NCBI GenBank assembly: GCA_030141605.1
Contig: JAQGDQ010000108.1
Coordinates: 372,001-436,000 of the forward strand
DNA length: 64,000 nt
Direction: 5' to 3'
DNA from: Tubiluchus corallicola
Taxonomy: Eukaryota > Animalia > Priapulida
Shown here: piece after piece, positions 62,143 to 64,000 of the stretch
Layout of the letters: every line of letters begins with the position of its first letter
Numbering within the stretch: the first letter of the stretch is position 1
Notes under the pieces: model-generated
Told to the model about the DNA's origin: nothing
The model's database searches: none
Seen by the model: only the letters and a program-made list of their open reading frames with translations
Program-made: the position numbers and the translations under genes

Positions 62143-64000
62143 CTAAACACACACACACACACACACGTACGCACACAATCCATGGTCACTCCAACGTTTT
62201 CTTAGCGCACCAGAACTTGAAAAGAGGACTTCTGATTGTACCGATACGTATTAGGCCTATCTTCGGGTGGAAAGAAAAGCAAAAAATGACTAAATACAGT
62301 AGATGCACTATATTTGGATTTTATGCTAAATTTAGAATACAAGTGCTATGTAAGCACAGTAGGAAAAACAACGCACAAAAGGCTATGCGAACGACCACCA
62401 TTTTTTCTTTAGCAACGTCAATGCCTCGATGATCATAAGTAGTTAACGGTCAAAATTGAGCTACCTCGTGCGTAGCTAATAATGAATGGGTGACCGTGTA
62501 ATTGGTTTTAGGACAGTTAACCGCAGTTCCATTCATCTGGGCCAAAGAGTCAAGACATATTTGCCTTCTCAGTGTCCCATCGGCTATCGCACGAGATTAT
62601 CCTTTGTTCTGATCATTAAGAATTATCTCTGTCTTGTCATTTTTTGATAAAAAGTGTAAGCCTAATCCTTCGTGATCGCGCAATGACTTTAATAAGGCAA
62701 TCTAAATACGTACTAATGTGATAAAGCAAATAAAATAATGAAATAATTCATCAGGTCAAGTGATTTCCAGAGAATTCTGTAATCCGGATGTAATGAACGT
62801 GCCGGGAAGAGTCAGGCGATTGCCTGAGCGTTCTTTTTAACTTAAAATCTCTGTTAACACATTTAAATAGTTATTAGCTTTCTTAACTTACTCTGTGCAC
62901 TATAATTACACTTGTATGTACCAGCGTATGCACGGTTATTTGTTGTTCTACGTACTCCAACCTTCACCTGTAACAAAGTTATAATTTCGTATATTCGCCT
63001 AAGCATCAAGTAACGTGCTCTTCAAATAATTACTATTATTATTATAATGTATTTTAACCTCAACCGCTTTAGCTACAAAAACGGATAAAATTGCCTACAA
63101 GGCCAGAAACTTCAAATTTAATTAAGAGTGCACGTGATCGGCAATGACTAGTTGACTGGCGGTTTTGTTTGTTAGGAAAAGTAAAATTTGTACGAAAAAA
63201 ATCATCAAAATAATAATAATAATAAACTAATAATAAAAACGCTGAAATGATTACATACGCATTCAGAAACTACAATGGCATGTAGACCTAATCTCGTTTA
63301 AATAATGTATTACAAATATCATGCAAACTGAATGGTATTATCAGCAGAGGCTACAGAGCAATATGAGCAATAGCTTTTAAGGTTTATAAGTTTTGAGTTG
63401 GCACTCAGCTCAGACACAGGCAGAGGCTTATAATAATGCAGAAAGTTGAAAAGTATTTTTTATTGCAGTATTGTACAAGTTTTCGTGCATCAAGATCTCA
63501 CATGTATACTGATAAATGGGCATCATTTTCAATTTTTTGTTTTGGAAACTTCGCTTCAAGATTTCATTTGAAACCTAGTGATTACTTTTTTGCCTGTTAT
63601 AAACTGCTTCTGAGACACACTTGTTTAAAAACCATACACAGTCAAAATTTGCAAAGCAAAAGTATATATTTTCCATACAAAATCTGTACAAGTATTGTAT
63701 CAATACAGGCACAATTAATACTTTACAAAAATAAAAGCACTTCGCTTGGTCTTTGGCAGAATCGTATGTGCGGAACATTTTAATACCTGTTAATGAATCT
63801 TCCCAAATTCTGATAGATTTTATGGAAATAAATACTAAATTGAACTAGTGAAGTATATATCTATTTAACCATAATAATAATAAATACAGAATTGTGAAGT
63901 ATAAATAATGAGTGAGTGCGGAAACGGCACTGTTAATTATAGAAAAACTGAGCAAATATTCAGAATTACAAATACCCAGTTAGAATACAAATCTAGACTT

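Noticed and set aside
62064-63783. 122-aa and 115-aa plus-strand ORFs
   Set aside because: They run through microsatellite or AT-rich DNA with no motif or splice support; likely chance ORFs.

Overview
AT-rich nuclear DNA from an invertebrate animal, judged from spliceosomal introns, DEG/ENaC channels and a CR1 LINE; the species cannot be determined from sequence alone. The left half (2.4-27.2 kb) is a tandem segmental duplication of an intronless cassette: two different D-amino-acid oxidase family genes (+ strand, both ending in PTS1 -AKL) facing DEG/ENaC channel genes (- strand). Across the two units there are 3 open DAO ORFs, 1 DAO pseudogene, 2 open 531-aa channel ORFs and 2 channel pseudogenes. 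A MULE fossil and a near-full-length CR1 LINE lie between the units. A 5'-truncated copy of the neighbouring SR-protein gene occupies the window start. The middle holds a 7-exon SRSF4/5/6-type splicing factor gene (-) with candidate poison exons in the SWQ|DLKD intron. It is head-to-head with a 7-exon MACROD-type ADP-ribosylhydrolase (+) that has a putative mitochondrial leader and a PTS1-like -TKL end. The right end has MITEs, a 600-bp tandem duplication and faint exon-like remnants of a cell-surface protein gene. All alignments, exon calls and counts were done by eye and need computational confirmation.
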